64,000 nt of DNA from Tubulanus polymorphus (Eukaryota > Animalia > Nemertea), in contig NC_134028.1 of NCBI RefSeq assembly GCF_964204645.1, forward strand, positions 20,518,345-20,582,344. The letters are read 5' to 3'. The notes beneath the pieces were generated by a model. That model worked only from the letters and a program-made list of their open reading frames with translations. It ran no database searches and was not told the origin of the DNA. Both the position numbers and the translations under genes were made by a program. The stretch's first letter is position 1; the number at the start of each line of letters is the position of its first letter. This document shows positions 36,861 through 49,569 of this stretch, piece by piece.

Positions 36861-39793
36861 ATGGATTTTTCTACAAACTTTGATAATATTTCGCCAAACT
36901 GTTTAGATTGTAAATATTATAGTGATAACGATTTTCCTTTTCGTAAGGAGAAGTTTTCTATCTTATCCGTTAACATACGAAGTATCAACAAAAATTTTGA
37001 CGCTCTAGCTCATTATCTGGATATTTTAAAACTTGAATTTTCGGTCATTGGTCTTTCTGAAACTTGGGCTAGCCAAATTAACAACAACAGCAACATGTAC
37101 CACCTGAACGGTTACAAAAGTATTTTTAGATGTAGGGAAAATGGGATAGGAGGGGGTGGGGTGTCTTTGTATCTCAAACATAATTTAGTTTTTAATCTAC
37201 GTTCTGATTTAAGTAAAGATGAGTCGACGTTTGAGTCTTTATTTGTAGAAATTAACTCTAAGAAGCATAAAAACACTATAGTTTGAATTATATACAGACC
37301 ACCTGGATTAAAATTCAAGGTTTTCAAGATGAATTTAATACACTTCTGGACAAATTAAATCGTGAAAACAAAAATTGCTATCTTTTTGGAGATTTCAATA
37401 TCAACTTACTCATGTCTGATGTGCATCATCCAACTGATGTTTTTATAAATACTTTGATTGCAAATTCCTTTTGTCCTTTGATTGATAAACCGACTAGAGT
37501 AACTACTGAGTCAGCCACATTAATAGATAATATTTTTTGTAATAACCTTGACGGGAGTTTTAAGTCCGGTATTTTATGTACCGATATCTCGGATCATTTC
37601 CCAATTTTTGTTGTATGTGGTGATAAAGAACCCACTACTCCAGTGAACAATATCAAGACAAGGAATTTTTGTGAGCGCAATATCGATTTTTTCATTCGGA
37701 AACTGCAGTCAGTAGACTGGTCGACAGTATCAAATAGTTTAGATGCCAATGAGTCCTATGATCTTTTTCTTGCTATGTTTAAATCACTTTATGACGAATC
37801 TTTCCCATTAATAAATTCTAAAACTAATAAAGTAAATAGTAATAAACCCTGGGTGTCACTTGGTCTTTTAAAATCAATTAGACGTAAAAATTGTTTATAC
37901 AAAAAATTCATAAGAAATCCTACGGAAGCGCGTAAGCATAAATATTCAAGATATAAAAATATTCTTGGTAATTTGTTAAAATGTGCAGAAAAATCCTATT
38001 ACGGTGTGCAATTATTTTCGGCTTCTAATGATATGAAACAAACATGGAAAATTATTAACAATATTCTTGGTAAGTCATCAAACTCGGAAGAATTACCTGA
38101 CGTATTCAAACTTAATGGGACACCTATAAATGGAAAAGCTAACATTGCTAATAAATTTAATGAGTACTTTGTAAACATCGGTAATAAGCTTGCCGAAAAG
38201 ATCCCTAGCACAAATATAAATTTTAAGGATTTCCTGCATAACAGCCCAAATGAAAACTTCTTTTTATTCCCAACAACACCAGTCGAACTGATGAAAATAG
38301 TAAAAAATTTTGACTCCAATAAAGGTTTGGGTACCGATGAGATTAGCATGAAAGTAACTAAAAAAATTTTTGACTTAATTAAAGATCCTCTCTGCCATGG
38401 TTTGAACATGAGTCTACAGACTGGAATTGTTCCGGACAAATTAAAAATCGCTAGAATTCGACCTTTATACAAAAGTGGTGACAAAGATAACTTTAATAAT
38501 TACCGGCCCATCTCAATTTTGCCTTGCTTTTCAAAGATTCTTGAAAAAGTCATGTACAACAGACTAATGTCTTATTGTGATAAATTTTCTATCATAAATT
38601 CAAATCAATTCGGTTTTAGAAAGAATCACTCCTCTGCCATGGCAGTCATCAAAATTATTGATGAAATTTCATATAATCTTGAAAATAAAAATCCCTCTAT
38701 CGGTGTTTATTTGGACTTATCTAAAGCCTTTGATACAGTCAACCATGAAATATTATTGTCAAAATTAGATTTTTATGGAATTAAAGGTCGCGCACTTTGC
38801 TGGTTTAGAAATTATTTGGAAAACCGACAACAAACTGTTCAAATTGAAAATTGTAAGTCTCAACTTTTGAATATATCTACTGGTGTGCCTCAAGGTTCCA
38901 TTTTGGGACCGTTACTTTTTTTAATATACATAAATGACTGCGTTAATGTCAGCAACATTTTGAAATTTACGCTTTTTGCAGATGACACTAATGTCTTTGC
39001 GAGCGGTTCCGATATTCATCACCTTGCATTGACCGTGTCTAGTGAACTTGATAAACTAGCCACGTGGTTTTACGCTAATAAATTATCTTTAAACTTGCCA
39101 AAAACTCATTGCATGGTATTTGGCTCACAACTACCACTTAACATTTCGATTCAAATCAGCGGAATTAATATTGATCAAGTTCATAGCACACATTTTTTGG
39201 GTATAAATATTGACGATAAACTTTCATGGATTGATCATATCAATAATGTTCAACGCAAGGTATCGAAGAGTATCAGTATGTTAAATAGATTAAAACGATT
39301 TTTACCTGAGAAAACTCTTATTCAATTGTATTTTAGTTTAGTGGAACCGTATTTAAGTTATTGTAACATAGTTTGGGCTCAAAATTTTAATGTCTATTTA
39401 GATTCATTATTACTACTTCAAAAACGTGCGGTTCGAATAATAACAAATTCATATTATTTAGAACATACTGATCCACTATTTAAAAGACTGAAAATACTGA
39501 GAATTAAAGAAATGAACAAATTACAGTTAGGATGCTTCATGTTTAATTATAACAAATCCATGCTACCTGATTCTTTTAATAACTATTTTCAATTTCGACA
39601 TGAAATCCACAATTATCAAACTCGTAGCCAAAACAATATGGAAATCCCTCGATTTCAAACTCGAAGAAATAAATTTTCGGTAAAGGTTTCTGGTCCAAAA
39701 CTTTGGAATTCACTCGATTCAACTTTGAAGCAGTCGAAGAATGTTTATGTATTTAAACAGAATTTCAAGCAGTATCTGTTAACGGGTCAATAG
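36861..39793 (+). pseudogene. LINE ORF2p (AP endonuclease + reverse transcriptase) with a TGA at 37284-37286 and a frameshift at ~37310
   Basis: NIRS, LSETW, GGGV, IYRPP, GDFN, IDNIF, SDHFP, NYRPIS, QFGFR, DLSKAFD, GVPQGS, FADD. Confidence 0.93.
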
Positions 39794-40110
39794 TAATTTA
39801 ACATTTGTTTAATATGCGTTTATAGGTCGATCTGAACTTAACTTGTCATTATGGATGTGTGTGCGTGCGTGCGTGCGTGCATGCGTGCGTGCGTGCGTGC
39901 GTATGCGTGAGTGTTGTGGTGCAGGGTTGTGTACATGTGTGTGTGTGCGCGCGTGTGTTTGATTTCTATGGGCGCCAGGGCCATGTTTTATGGATATAAG
40001 TTTGTAACTTCTCCTGGTGTCCGTCGACTTGAATTACATTATTTTATTATATTATCTTGTTGTAATTTTCTAGTGTAATTTAATTCGTGAATAAAGAAAG
40101 AAAGAAAGAA

Positions 40111-40300
40111 AGACGATGGTCGGAAATTTCTCAGGCCGTAAACTCAGTGGCTCACATTTTTATCCGAAGACACCAGCATGGTACAGGGGGAAGAAACACC
40201 ACTGGTGGAGATCTAAATCCTATAGAACAGAAGTTAATGGCGTTGATGATAAAAGAACAGTTGTATGGAATCGAGAGTGACGCAGGCCTAACGCTGCCGC
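40111..40300 (+). pseudogene. Myb/SANT-like ORF remnant, 3' part
   Basis: RRWSEISQAVNSV...TGG...LNPIEQKLMALM.KEQLYGI fits the Myb_DNA-bind_5-type pattern with an internal deletion. Confidence 0.6.
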
Positions 40301-40382
40301 GAGAACCTCGAAAAGAAATGAGACTGAGAATCTGTTTGTTATATAAATTATAAATAACCATATGATAACAATGTTATATAAT

Positions 40383-42139
40383 AAAGAAGTTTCCAGTTTC
40401 TAGGCGCCATTTTGTGGCGGTCCCTCGAGGTCCCTATTGTTGCGATAATTTGCGCTCATTTTTAAAACATAAGTTTAGATTGAATATCATATAGTGCTGC
40501 AGTCCCTCGCTCGACGAAATCGATTTATACACCATTTTAAAGGAAATTAAATGCAGATATTTGCTGGCGTTTCTTGGAATTTTTGAACTCAACAATTGAG
40601 AACAGTGAAGATGTGAAACCAAGGACCGCATATCTTAACCGTGCGTAAAAGAAATCGCAATATTTATTAATTTTAAAATATCTAAGTATCTCTTAAAGCT
40701 ATATTTCCAATTTTCACAGAGGTTAAAGAGGGTTATTTGCAGTTTAAGCCTGCGTTGAATTTTTTTGAATATCTTTCCTGACGACTGATCTGTACCCGCT
40801 TGAGTTTGAGATTACGCGCAAAAGGGGTCTCCCACTGCGCACCGCCATTTCACTGAACATTGAGATTTGTGAAAAGAAATCGCAAAAATTAGATTTTATA
40901 CTGGTTTGTAATTATCAATATTGCTTCTGATGGTTATATATTACCTTTATTTTCGTATGGTTGAAAATGGACTTTGAGTGCTTTGATGAATTCGAGTTTT
41001 GTAGCGTTGGGAAATTAAAGGATTTCTTGTAAGAGTGGGGACTTTCTGTGTTGGTTGCAAATATGGCCTAGTTGAGAACCTAATTTGCGTTTCAACCGAA
41101 TGTACCACTCATGGTTGGACACTAGAAAAAAAATCTAAGTTTTTATATATTTTTTGATATGCGGCGCAGCTGAAAGTTGCCAAACTGGACGTTGACCCCC
41201 TAAAACAGAATATCAAATGGGGGACAGATATGAACCCCTTTAAATATTATATTGGAAATTTATATCAGTAAGGTTTTCTGGTCGATGTTTTCCAGCAAGA
41301 AGGTTGAGATTCATTAAATAAATTCATCGTATGATCCCAGAATGAGGGATTACCAGAGAGAGATATGTGTTAAATATGTCCTAAGCGTTTAAATTGACTG
41401 GCACATTTCACCATCGACTCTAAAACGTTTGATTTCACCGAACACAAAATCGGCGCTAGGCTGGATGGGCTGTATACGACAATTCCTCAACTGGGCCGTT
41501 CACACTTCAATAGCGGGACAAACCGGATCCCGAAACCAGATTAACGAATTGCCCCCGCCAAAATACGGTACAAACAAGATATGTATTATCATCTCAAAAT
41601 ATCCCCATGGAAAATGTGAAGAAATCAAATTGCATTTTAAAATTTCTTGTCGCAAATCTCAATGTTCAGTGAAATTACAATGCGCAGTGGGAGACCCCTT
41701 TTGCGCGTAATCTCAAACTCAAGCGGGTACAGATCAGTCGTCAGGTAAGATATTCAAAAGATTTTAACGCAGGCTTAAACTGCAAATAACCCTCTTTAAA
41801 CTCAGTGAAAATAGGAAATATAGCTTGAAGCGATACTTAGATATTTTGAAATTAATAAATATTGCGATTTCTTTTACTCACGGTTTAGATATGCGGTCCT
41901 TGGTTTCACATCGTCACTGTTCTCAATTGTTGAGTTCAAAAATTCCAAGAATCGCCAGCAAATATCTGCATTTAATTTTCTTTAAAATGGTGTATAAATC
42001 GATTTCGTCGAGCGAGGGACTGCAGAACTATATGATATTCAATCTAAACTTATGTTTTAAAAATGAGCGCAAATTATCGCAACAATGGGGACCTCGCGGG
42101 ACCGCCACAAAATGGCGCCTAGAAACTGGAAACTTCTTT
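40383..42139. mobile_element. Non-autonomous DNA transposon, ~490-bp TIRs, AT-flanked (ISL2EU-like)
   Basis: TIRs 40383-~40872 and ~41650-42139 (AAAGAAGTTTCCAGTTTCTAGGCGCCATTTTG). Internal remnant MDFECFDEFEFCSVGKLKDFL*EWGLSV... resembles a SAP-like N-terminus. Confidence 0.88.
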
Positions 42140-42274
42140 ATTATATGAAATATCAGATTCGTTTTCGTCTTATGAGATGGACGGTGCCTTACCGAAATGA
42201 ATGCAGAAAGATGAAATTGTTCCGTTGCCACTGATCCTCATCAGCGGGTTTCAGAGTCAACTAGAGAAGAAGCA

Positions 42275-42868
42275 ATGGGGAGATATACCTTCCTAGGTAG
42301 GACGGGAATTGCGCATGCACAATCCCTTTTCGTTCAAATGATTTCTTCAAATGCTGATTTTCAGACCTTATTTTTCTGTTCGTATTGCTTTGTGGGAGTT
42401 TTTTTCCAATGGGGAGCACCTGGCGATCAATACGATAATGAATTACAGTCGAGTTCAGTTAAAAGTTGTCTTTAAAGAGAACCAGAGTCAGCTTTTAATA
42501 CCGGACGCGTTCAAGTTAATTTCCCTCGTCTGTAAGAAATATCTCAGCGAACAAGAATGTGAATAATTGGCGTTCGTGTTGCCATACAGTCAGACAGTGT
42601 TGTGATCGATAGCTGGAAGACACGCGCGCACACCGGTCACTGTTGCAGGTATCAGCTTTCTCATTGAACATGTCAAGTTGGCACTTGTGTCTCCCCCTGG
42701 CGTTTCCGCACTGTTGATTTGTTTTTCTCTCGCAGATGAACCGAAACACTATCGTTGTCGGATGCTGTGGGACGGTGTAAGGTGTTGGGATATCACGCTA
42801 GGTGGGGTTACGGTAACAGAAACTTGTCCCGTGTATTGGACGCTGTCTGGAACAACTGGGAACTTGTA
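42275..42868 (+). pseudogene. Class B (secretin-family) GPCR, first three exons only, decayed
   Basis: Signal-like MGRYTFL/DLIFLFVLLC; ECE.WRSCCHTVRQCCDR; CRMLWDGVRCWDITLGGVTVTETCPVY fits the hormone-receptor-domain C..WDG..CW..T..G.....CP motif. Stops and frameshifts in exon 2, no 7TM exons downstream. Confidence 0.78.
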
Positions 42869-43140
42869 AGTATCACCTGCTAACATGTTCGCGGGTACTT
42901 GTAAATATCATCTGCTCATCGGTATTCTGGGGGAACTGTAAACTGCGAACCATCAATGAAATCAATACATCACTACATTCGTTTCTAATGCCGATTAAGA
43001 ATCATTTATTTGCATTTTCAAACATTGACACAAATTATGATTGTATAGAACAAGGAAATGCGAAACCTATAGAATTAGAACATATATTTTCTAGTATGAT
43101 AGAATGTTGCTCGAATTATCCATCATTTCCATGGCATTTT

Positions 43141-43896
43141 CTAGTTTCCCAGTTGTTTCAATGCTGTTTCCAAAGATTTCAAATTTTTACTTAGATCTTT
43201 CACATTGTTTCTTGCGAAATCGATAATCAGCGATTTACCTTGAATTGAATTGAAGATTGTCGGCGAAATGTTACCTAGTAGATCCGTTGACTTAAGATCG
43301 TCCAAGATATTGCTTTGGACGATAGTATCGCAATCTAATTTACTCAGTGGTCCCGATATGGCCTTGCCATAAAACTCGACAGCATGAGATGATACCTGTC
43401 AATAAAAACAAACGCAATCGAAAATGCTTTTTCTTGGTAAATCCTTAAGATACAACAGTGAAAATCATGATTATAAGAATACTAAGAGGTTATAAATAAT
43501 TGGCACTATTTCCAGTCTTGAATACAATTGCATAAAAACCCACAATATAGATCTTAAACAACAGTTATTATTTCATTCAACGTTTCGCGGGGAATACTTC
43601 CACTCATTTTCAGAGATTTGTTTCAAATACTGAGAGGTATATCCGTCAATTCGTCTTTCCATGAACAATATCAACTGCACGTTGGACCAAGAAGGTTGGT
43701 AGACTTTAGGTTCATGAGTGTAGCTGCGATGGATTAACTCTACATATTACATTCGATTGGTGAATCGCTTTGACGATACAGCGTTTCCTCTTTATAGGGA
43801 ATTATTTACCTTGCTACATGTACTTTCATCAGCAATGGCATCGGTTGTAACCCAGAAAACCGCTAGAAAAACCACCAAAAAACTGATCAATTTCAT
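43141..43896 (-). CDS. Secreted two-Cys protein family, copy E, open (113 aa)
   Basis: Exons 43896-43810 and 43395-43141: MKLISFLVVFLAVFWVTTDAIADESTCSK/VSSHAVEFYGKAISGPLSKLDCDTIVQSNILDDLKSTDLLGNISPTIFNSIQGKSLIIDFARNNVKDLSKNLKSLETALKQLGN*. AATAAA ~43010-43005. Confidence 0.82.
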
Positions 43897-44449
43897 GTTG
43901 TCTCTGGAAAACTGCAATCAGATCATAGAAATAGAGACTGGTTTCCGGCAGTGTCAGAACAGGAGACTGGTTCCCGACTGTGTCAGTTCATAGATATTAC
44001 GAGTGATCTTACCTGTATGATATGTGTTGAGATTTTGCGTGGTGTTGAAGCGACTGACGAATGTCTCATTTTGTCGATTGAATCTTGCCAGTTTTATACA
44101 TATTTTGGGATGAATAATATTTGATCAGAAGTTGCTTAACGGTTTCACATTATATATCCCACTCAGTAGATTCAATTCCAACTATTTACAGGATCGATTC
44201 GATTATTTTTGCTTTGTTTAATCTGTCTGCCCCTGTTTTTCTACTGTATATTGCTGGAAATTTGAAGGACGATGGAGGTTTAATATTTTTCACCCACATA
44301 TGAATAAAATCTTGTAAAAGGCTACTTTATGAACTGTATATTCAAATATTAATTAAATTGCATCCGGTCCCACAGTTCCACATTTCCACAGTAGAATTAT
44401 TCAAATTATTGAAAACTCGTGACTCAAATATAACCAAACTTTAGAACTT

Positions 44450-44935
44450 TGTCCAGGACTGTGGAACGGGATCCTAAGTAAGCAAGTCCTGAAGTGTGAA
44501 AAAGTGTGGTAAAAGTAAGTCCAAAACACGGTGGATCTGGATCAACAACTGTAGAAGTAGGTCATGAAGTGTGGAACTTGGCCCACAACAGTGAAAGTAG
44601 GTCCAGAACAATGGAACTGCGTCGACAACTGTAGAAAGTAGTCCAAAATTGTGGAACTTGCTCTACAACTGTAGAAACATGTCCAAAACTGTGGAACTGG
44701 ATCCAAAACCGTAGAATGGGCCCGAACTGGGTCGACAAGTAAGGAAGGTGCATTTCTGTGGAACTCGATCCAAAAATTAGGTCTACACCAAGACTGTGGA
44801 ACCGAAAAACTGTAATTAGAGAGTTTTCAGAACTTTGTCCAAAACTGTGGAAATGGATCCAAAACTGTGGAAATGGATCTAGTTTTATGGAACTTGGCAG
44901 GAGTGTCGAACTGAAAACTGTGAAAAACTGCGGGA
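44450..44935 (+). repeat. 20-bp minisatellite upstream of copy E
   Basis: Duplicate of 680-1140 with one extra 20-bp unit at ~44851-44870. Confidence 0.9.
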
Positions 44936-46929
44936 TTGGCTCTCTTGGAAAAGTTCGAAGAATCTATTCTATATCGTGTGTTTTCGTTATCTGCAGTTGA
45001 AATTGACGAGAACTTGTTCAATTTGGGGAAAATCGGCGAAAAAACTAATTACGCCAAACGTTTTAACAGTAGTAAATATCAATAAAATCATTGATTGCAT
45101 TGATCACGAGTTAGGCTCTATTCAAACTGACTATTGATTATTCGTAGATGATAGCTTTGATCAGATCCCCTCTATAGGAAACATCCAAGTCATGTGTAGA
45201 AGTTTCTGCCACATTTTGAATTTGCCAAAAAGAATCTGCATGATAAAAATTGTTAGCTTGAAAAAATCTAATGAATTTGAAACTGTAGGGCAGTCTAGGG
45301 GTACCGTAATAACTTCTCCCTATCCCGAACAGACGGAGTATCATCAAACACACGACCTTTCAAACTCATTGTATTGCAAGGCCGCACTTATAACATATTG
45401 TTTTCTATTATACTATGACCCCGAGAGCTGGTGTAGAATTCGACCTTGTACCTGATTGCACTCGTTCAGTAAAAATAGTCTATATTTTCAGAACAAGAAA
45501 ATTTGTATTTAAAAATATGGAAATACGATTGTATAATGCTTTGTTTCAGGGTGAAATGAAGGTGATTTTAAAGATTGCGGTTTATGTCGGGTTTGGTTGT
45601 GGTATAACCAGTATGCTTTGCCTTGTAAGGAGCCTCCGGAAGTGTTATAAGTGACATTGTGAATTTTTTTTATTAACTTGCGTCCGATCGAAATGTTTTG
45701 CGACGTAGAAACTAAATAATTTTTTTCGTAGAAACGAAAATGTGTGACATGGTGGAAAATATTATTTTCTAACTACCTGTGGGTTAGGATCAGAAAAAGA
45801 GGTTTGGGGTGTCTTGCGCATTACTCGCACTCCCAATTAAGGCACAGGCACTCCACCGTTGCACGGATAGCCGAAAGCTCGTAACTAGTCATAATCATGT
45901 GTGTGATTAGCGAATTAGTAGATCTTATCCAAATCCTAACATAACGCTCAAAGCGATATTAGCCCCAACTCAAGTGTTCTTACCCCCAAGCCTTCTAAAA
46001 AGCCTTCGCAAAATTACCCCTCAGACAATAACCCTTCGCAAATGATCCCCAAAAAAAACACATCACCTTCGAATTGCCCCAGAATAACAACCCCCAGACA
46101 ACTCATGGAGATTGCCAACCCCATTACTCCAGTAGGCGGGGGGATTTGTATTCTTACAATGAGGAATGCTACAATTTTTGACTCGAATGATACATGTATG
46201 AACGTTAAGGGCTATGGTCATGTGATTTTCGATTGGGATTCCTGTTGGGGTGTTAAACTTTGTATCTATAATTCCAAATTCGTAATCGACCCACACGTAG
46301 TTGATGCTGGGTTCAGGTAACATTCTGTTATAATCAACTTATTAAATATGACGAAATGAGAATCATACAATTATTCGGCTACTTTCTATACGTACAGCTT
46401 GTAGGGTTAGTAGGATTCATGGATAACAGGTAGTCATGGAATCGGTCAAAGACTGACAAATGGCTTTGGTCTCTTCAATAATCTGTTTGACCCCCCTCCA
46501 TGGAGTCAGGGGTCAGGCGGACATGCCTCCTATTAAAAAATATTTCGTTCGAACGGAAAAATTTCGTTCCCACGAAAATCTTTTCGTTAGAACGAAAACA
46601 TTTCGTTCCCACGAAAACATTTTGTTCGAATGAAAAGATTAATGATATAATCTTGCAATACAATGTGTCGTTTGTCTAAATGATCGCTTGTTGCTCGTGG
46701 GATATACACTGTGTTAGCGTTAGGGACAAGTGAACTGTATGAACTCAAATATCAGCGTTATTAAGACATAATTTTGTCTCAACACCAGTTGTCTCAACAA
46801 TTGGCGTAATTAATTTTGTCACCAAATTGAGCAAGTTCTAGTCGATTTCAATGCGAAAACAGAAAATGCACAATATCGAATAGCTTTTTAAGTCAGAACT
46901 TCGAGCTTTTTCGGGTTGAGACCCAATTC

Positions 46930-47570
46930 TGAAGTTTATCACAGAGTTCCACGTTCCTTGACCAAGTTCCATAAAACTAGATCCAGTTCCACAGAACACC
47001 GCTCCACAGTTCTGGGTCCATTTCCACAGTTGTTGACCAAGTTTCATAGTTCTGCATGGAGCTTGCAGTTGTAGGCCAAGTTACTCTGTTCTGAGACCTA
47101 CTTCCATAGTTGTGGTCTCTGTTCAACAGTTGTGGGCGTACCTTTACAGTTGTGAACCAAGTTCCACAGTTCTGGGGCTACCTTACTTGTGGTCCCAGTC
47201 ACAGTTCTGGACCTACTCCTACAGTTTTGAAACCAGTTCCACAGTTTTGGACCTGCTTATAGAGTTGTAGAACCAGTTCCACAATGTGGACCTACTTCTA
47301 TAGTTGTAGACCTAATTCCTCAGTTCGGGTCCTACATCTACAGTTATGGACACAGTTCCAAAACTTCTGGACCTACTTCTACAGTTTTGGACCTTCTTAC
47401 ACAATACTCGTCCTACTTCTTGAAACTTCCAAACCCCTGGACCTACTTGTTCAGAAAGTTGTGAATCAAGATCTACAGTGTGCTGGACATACTTCGGCAG
47501 CTTTGGACACAGTTCAACACTTCTGGACTTGCTTATCTAGGGTCCAATTCCACAGTCCTGGACAAAGTTC
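46930..47570 (-). repeat. 20-bp minisatellite (inverted) upstream of copy F
   Basis: Duplicate of 3140-3800. Confidence 0.9.
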
Positions 47571-48106
47571 GGTTGAATTTGATTCAAGAGTTAAAATGGA
47601 TTCATTTTCGTCAAGTTGACTCTTCTGTGGAATTGTGGAACCGGGCGAAGTTTGGTTAATATTTGAATCTACAGTTCATATCAAGTCTTTTACAGGATTT
47701 TATTTCATTGTGTGGGTGAAAAAATGTACAACGTACTTCAAATTTCCAGCAACGACTGTAAACAAATCACGCAGATTAAACATGACAAATATAATCGAAT
47801 CAATCCTGTAATTAGTTGGAATCAAATCTATATTTCAGTGAAGTGCTAATCCCGAAGCCGTTCAGCAACTTCTGATCAAATATTATTCAGCCCAAAGTAT
47901 GTATACATCTCGCAAAATTTAATCGACAAAATGAAACATTCGTCGGTCGCTTCACCAGCACGTTAAATTTCAACACACATCATACAGGTAAGATCAGTAA
48001 CGCAAAATATCCATGTTCTGGCAAAGTCGGGAACCAGTCGTTTGTTCTGGCTTAGCCGGGACCAGTCTCTATTTCTATGATCTGATTGCAGTTTTCCGGA
48101 AACAAC

Positions 48107-48853
48107 ATGGAATTGATAAGTTTTTGGTGGTTTTTCTGGCGGTTTTCTGGGTTTCAACCGATGCCATTGATGAAAGTACATGTAGCGAGGTAAATATATG
48201 TCTATGATGAGGAAACGCCGTTTGTTAATCGTCGAAGCATTTCTTCAATCATGTTATGATCAAATAATCCATCGCAGCTACACTCATGAACCTAAAGTCT
48301 ACAAACCTCATTGGTCCTATGTACAATTGATATTCCTGATGGAAAGACGAATCAACAGAAATAACTCTCGGTATCTGAAACAAATCTCTGAATATGGGTT
48401 GAAGTATTCAATCCCATGAAAAAGTAGCTGCTGTTTTGGATCTATGTTGTGGGTTTTTACGCAATTATATTCAAGACTGGAAAAAGTCGCAATTATTTAT
48501 AACCTCTTAGTTTTCTTATATTAATAGTGATTATCAGTGTTGTATTTGAAAGGTTCACCAAAGAAAAAGCATTTTCAATTGTGTTTGTTTTATTGGCAGG
48601 TATCATCTCGTGCTGTCGAGTTTTACGGCAAGGCCATATCGGGACCACTGAGCAAATTGACTTGCAAGTCTATCGTTAAAAGCAATATCTTCGACGATCT
48701 TAAGTCACCAGGTCGACTAGGTAATATTTCGTCGACGGTCTTCAATTCTAGAAAGGGCAAATCGCTGATTATCGATTTCGTAAGAAACAATGCGAAAAAT
48801 CTAAGAAAAATTTTGATCCTTGATCTTGAGCCTTGAAACAACTGGGAAATTAG
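48107..48853 (+). pseudogene. Secreted two-Cys protein family, copy F (frameshifted)
   Basis: Same two frameshifts as copy B; the TATA is also changed to gtatacat at ~47901. Confidence 0.8.
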
Positions 48854-49569
48854 AAAACTAGAAAATGCCATGGAAATGATGGATAATTCGAACAACATCC
48901 CGTCATACTAGAAGATCTAAATTCTAATTCTAATTCAGTTCTAGGTTTCGGGTTTCCTTGTTCTATACGATTCAAATGTGTGTCAGTTATTTGTTTATAA
49001 ATAAATGCAAATAGATAATTCTTCGTCGGCATTATAAATGAATGTAGTGATGTATTGATTTCATTGACGGTTCGATCGCAGTTTGCAGTTCCCCCGGAAA
49101 CCGGTGAGCAGATGAAACGAGTTCCCAGTATACGTAAGTATAGTTGGACCAGGACGGCATTGAGAATCTTCAACTTTTGACAACACATGAAGACAGCTGA
49201 TGGCTTAGTTCGGCACACTCAGATATTAAACTAGATCACCAAAGTAATAATGATCGGACTAGTTTCCTTGTACCTATTCTTTCGACTCTTAATCAACATG
49301 CCTTTTCTGAATGTAATGAACTTTCTCCAAATATCCCTATCAGAGAAGGAAAGAAAATCATCGGGAAAACTAGGCGTTCGCGCGATCACTATCGTTATCT
49401 GGGATATGAAGGCATAGGTTGTACATTTATTTAGTTATTCATCGTCTCAGTTCATACTAAGTAGAAAGATACGCACAGGATAAAGAAATTGAAAGAAAAA
49501 ACAAAAAATATTACATGATTACAAATGAACCAATACTATAATCATACAATCGATACAAAAAGGACTTAC

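Larger units (their letters stand above)
35268..40110 (+). mobile_element. Full-length CR1/L2-group LINE, near intact
   Basis: 5' end CCAAAATGGCGG, ORF1, ORF2 (APE + RT), 3' UTR with a (GCGT)n/(GT)n tract at 39856-39958, AATAAA plus (GAAA)n tail. Confidence 0.93.

Noticed and set aside
37999-38484. Antisense ORFs within the LINE (also 35220-35663, 35647-35940, 37112-37327)
   Set aside because: Shadows of ORF1/ORF2.
41825-42148. Mirror ORFs in TIRs (40434-40631, 41825-42148, 27746-28093, 28377-28568)
   Set aside because: They arise from inverted repeats and have no protein motifs.
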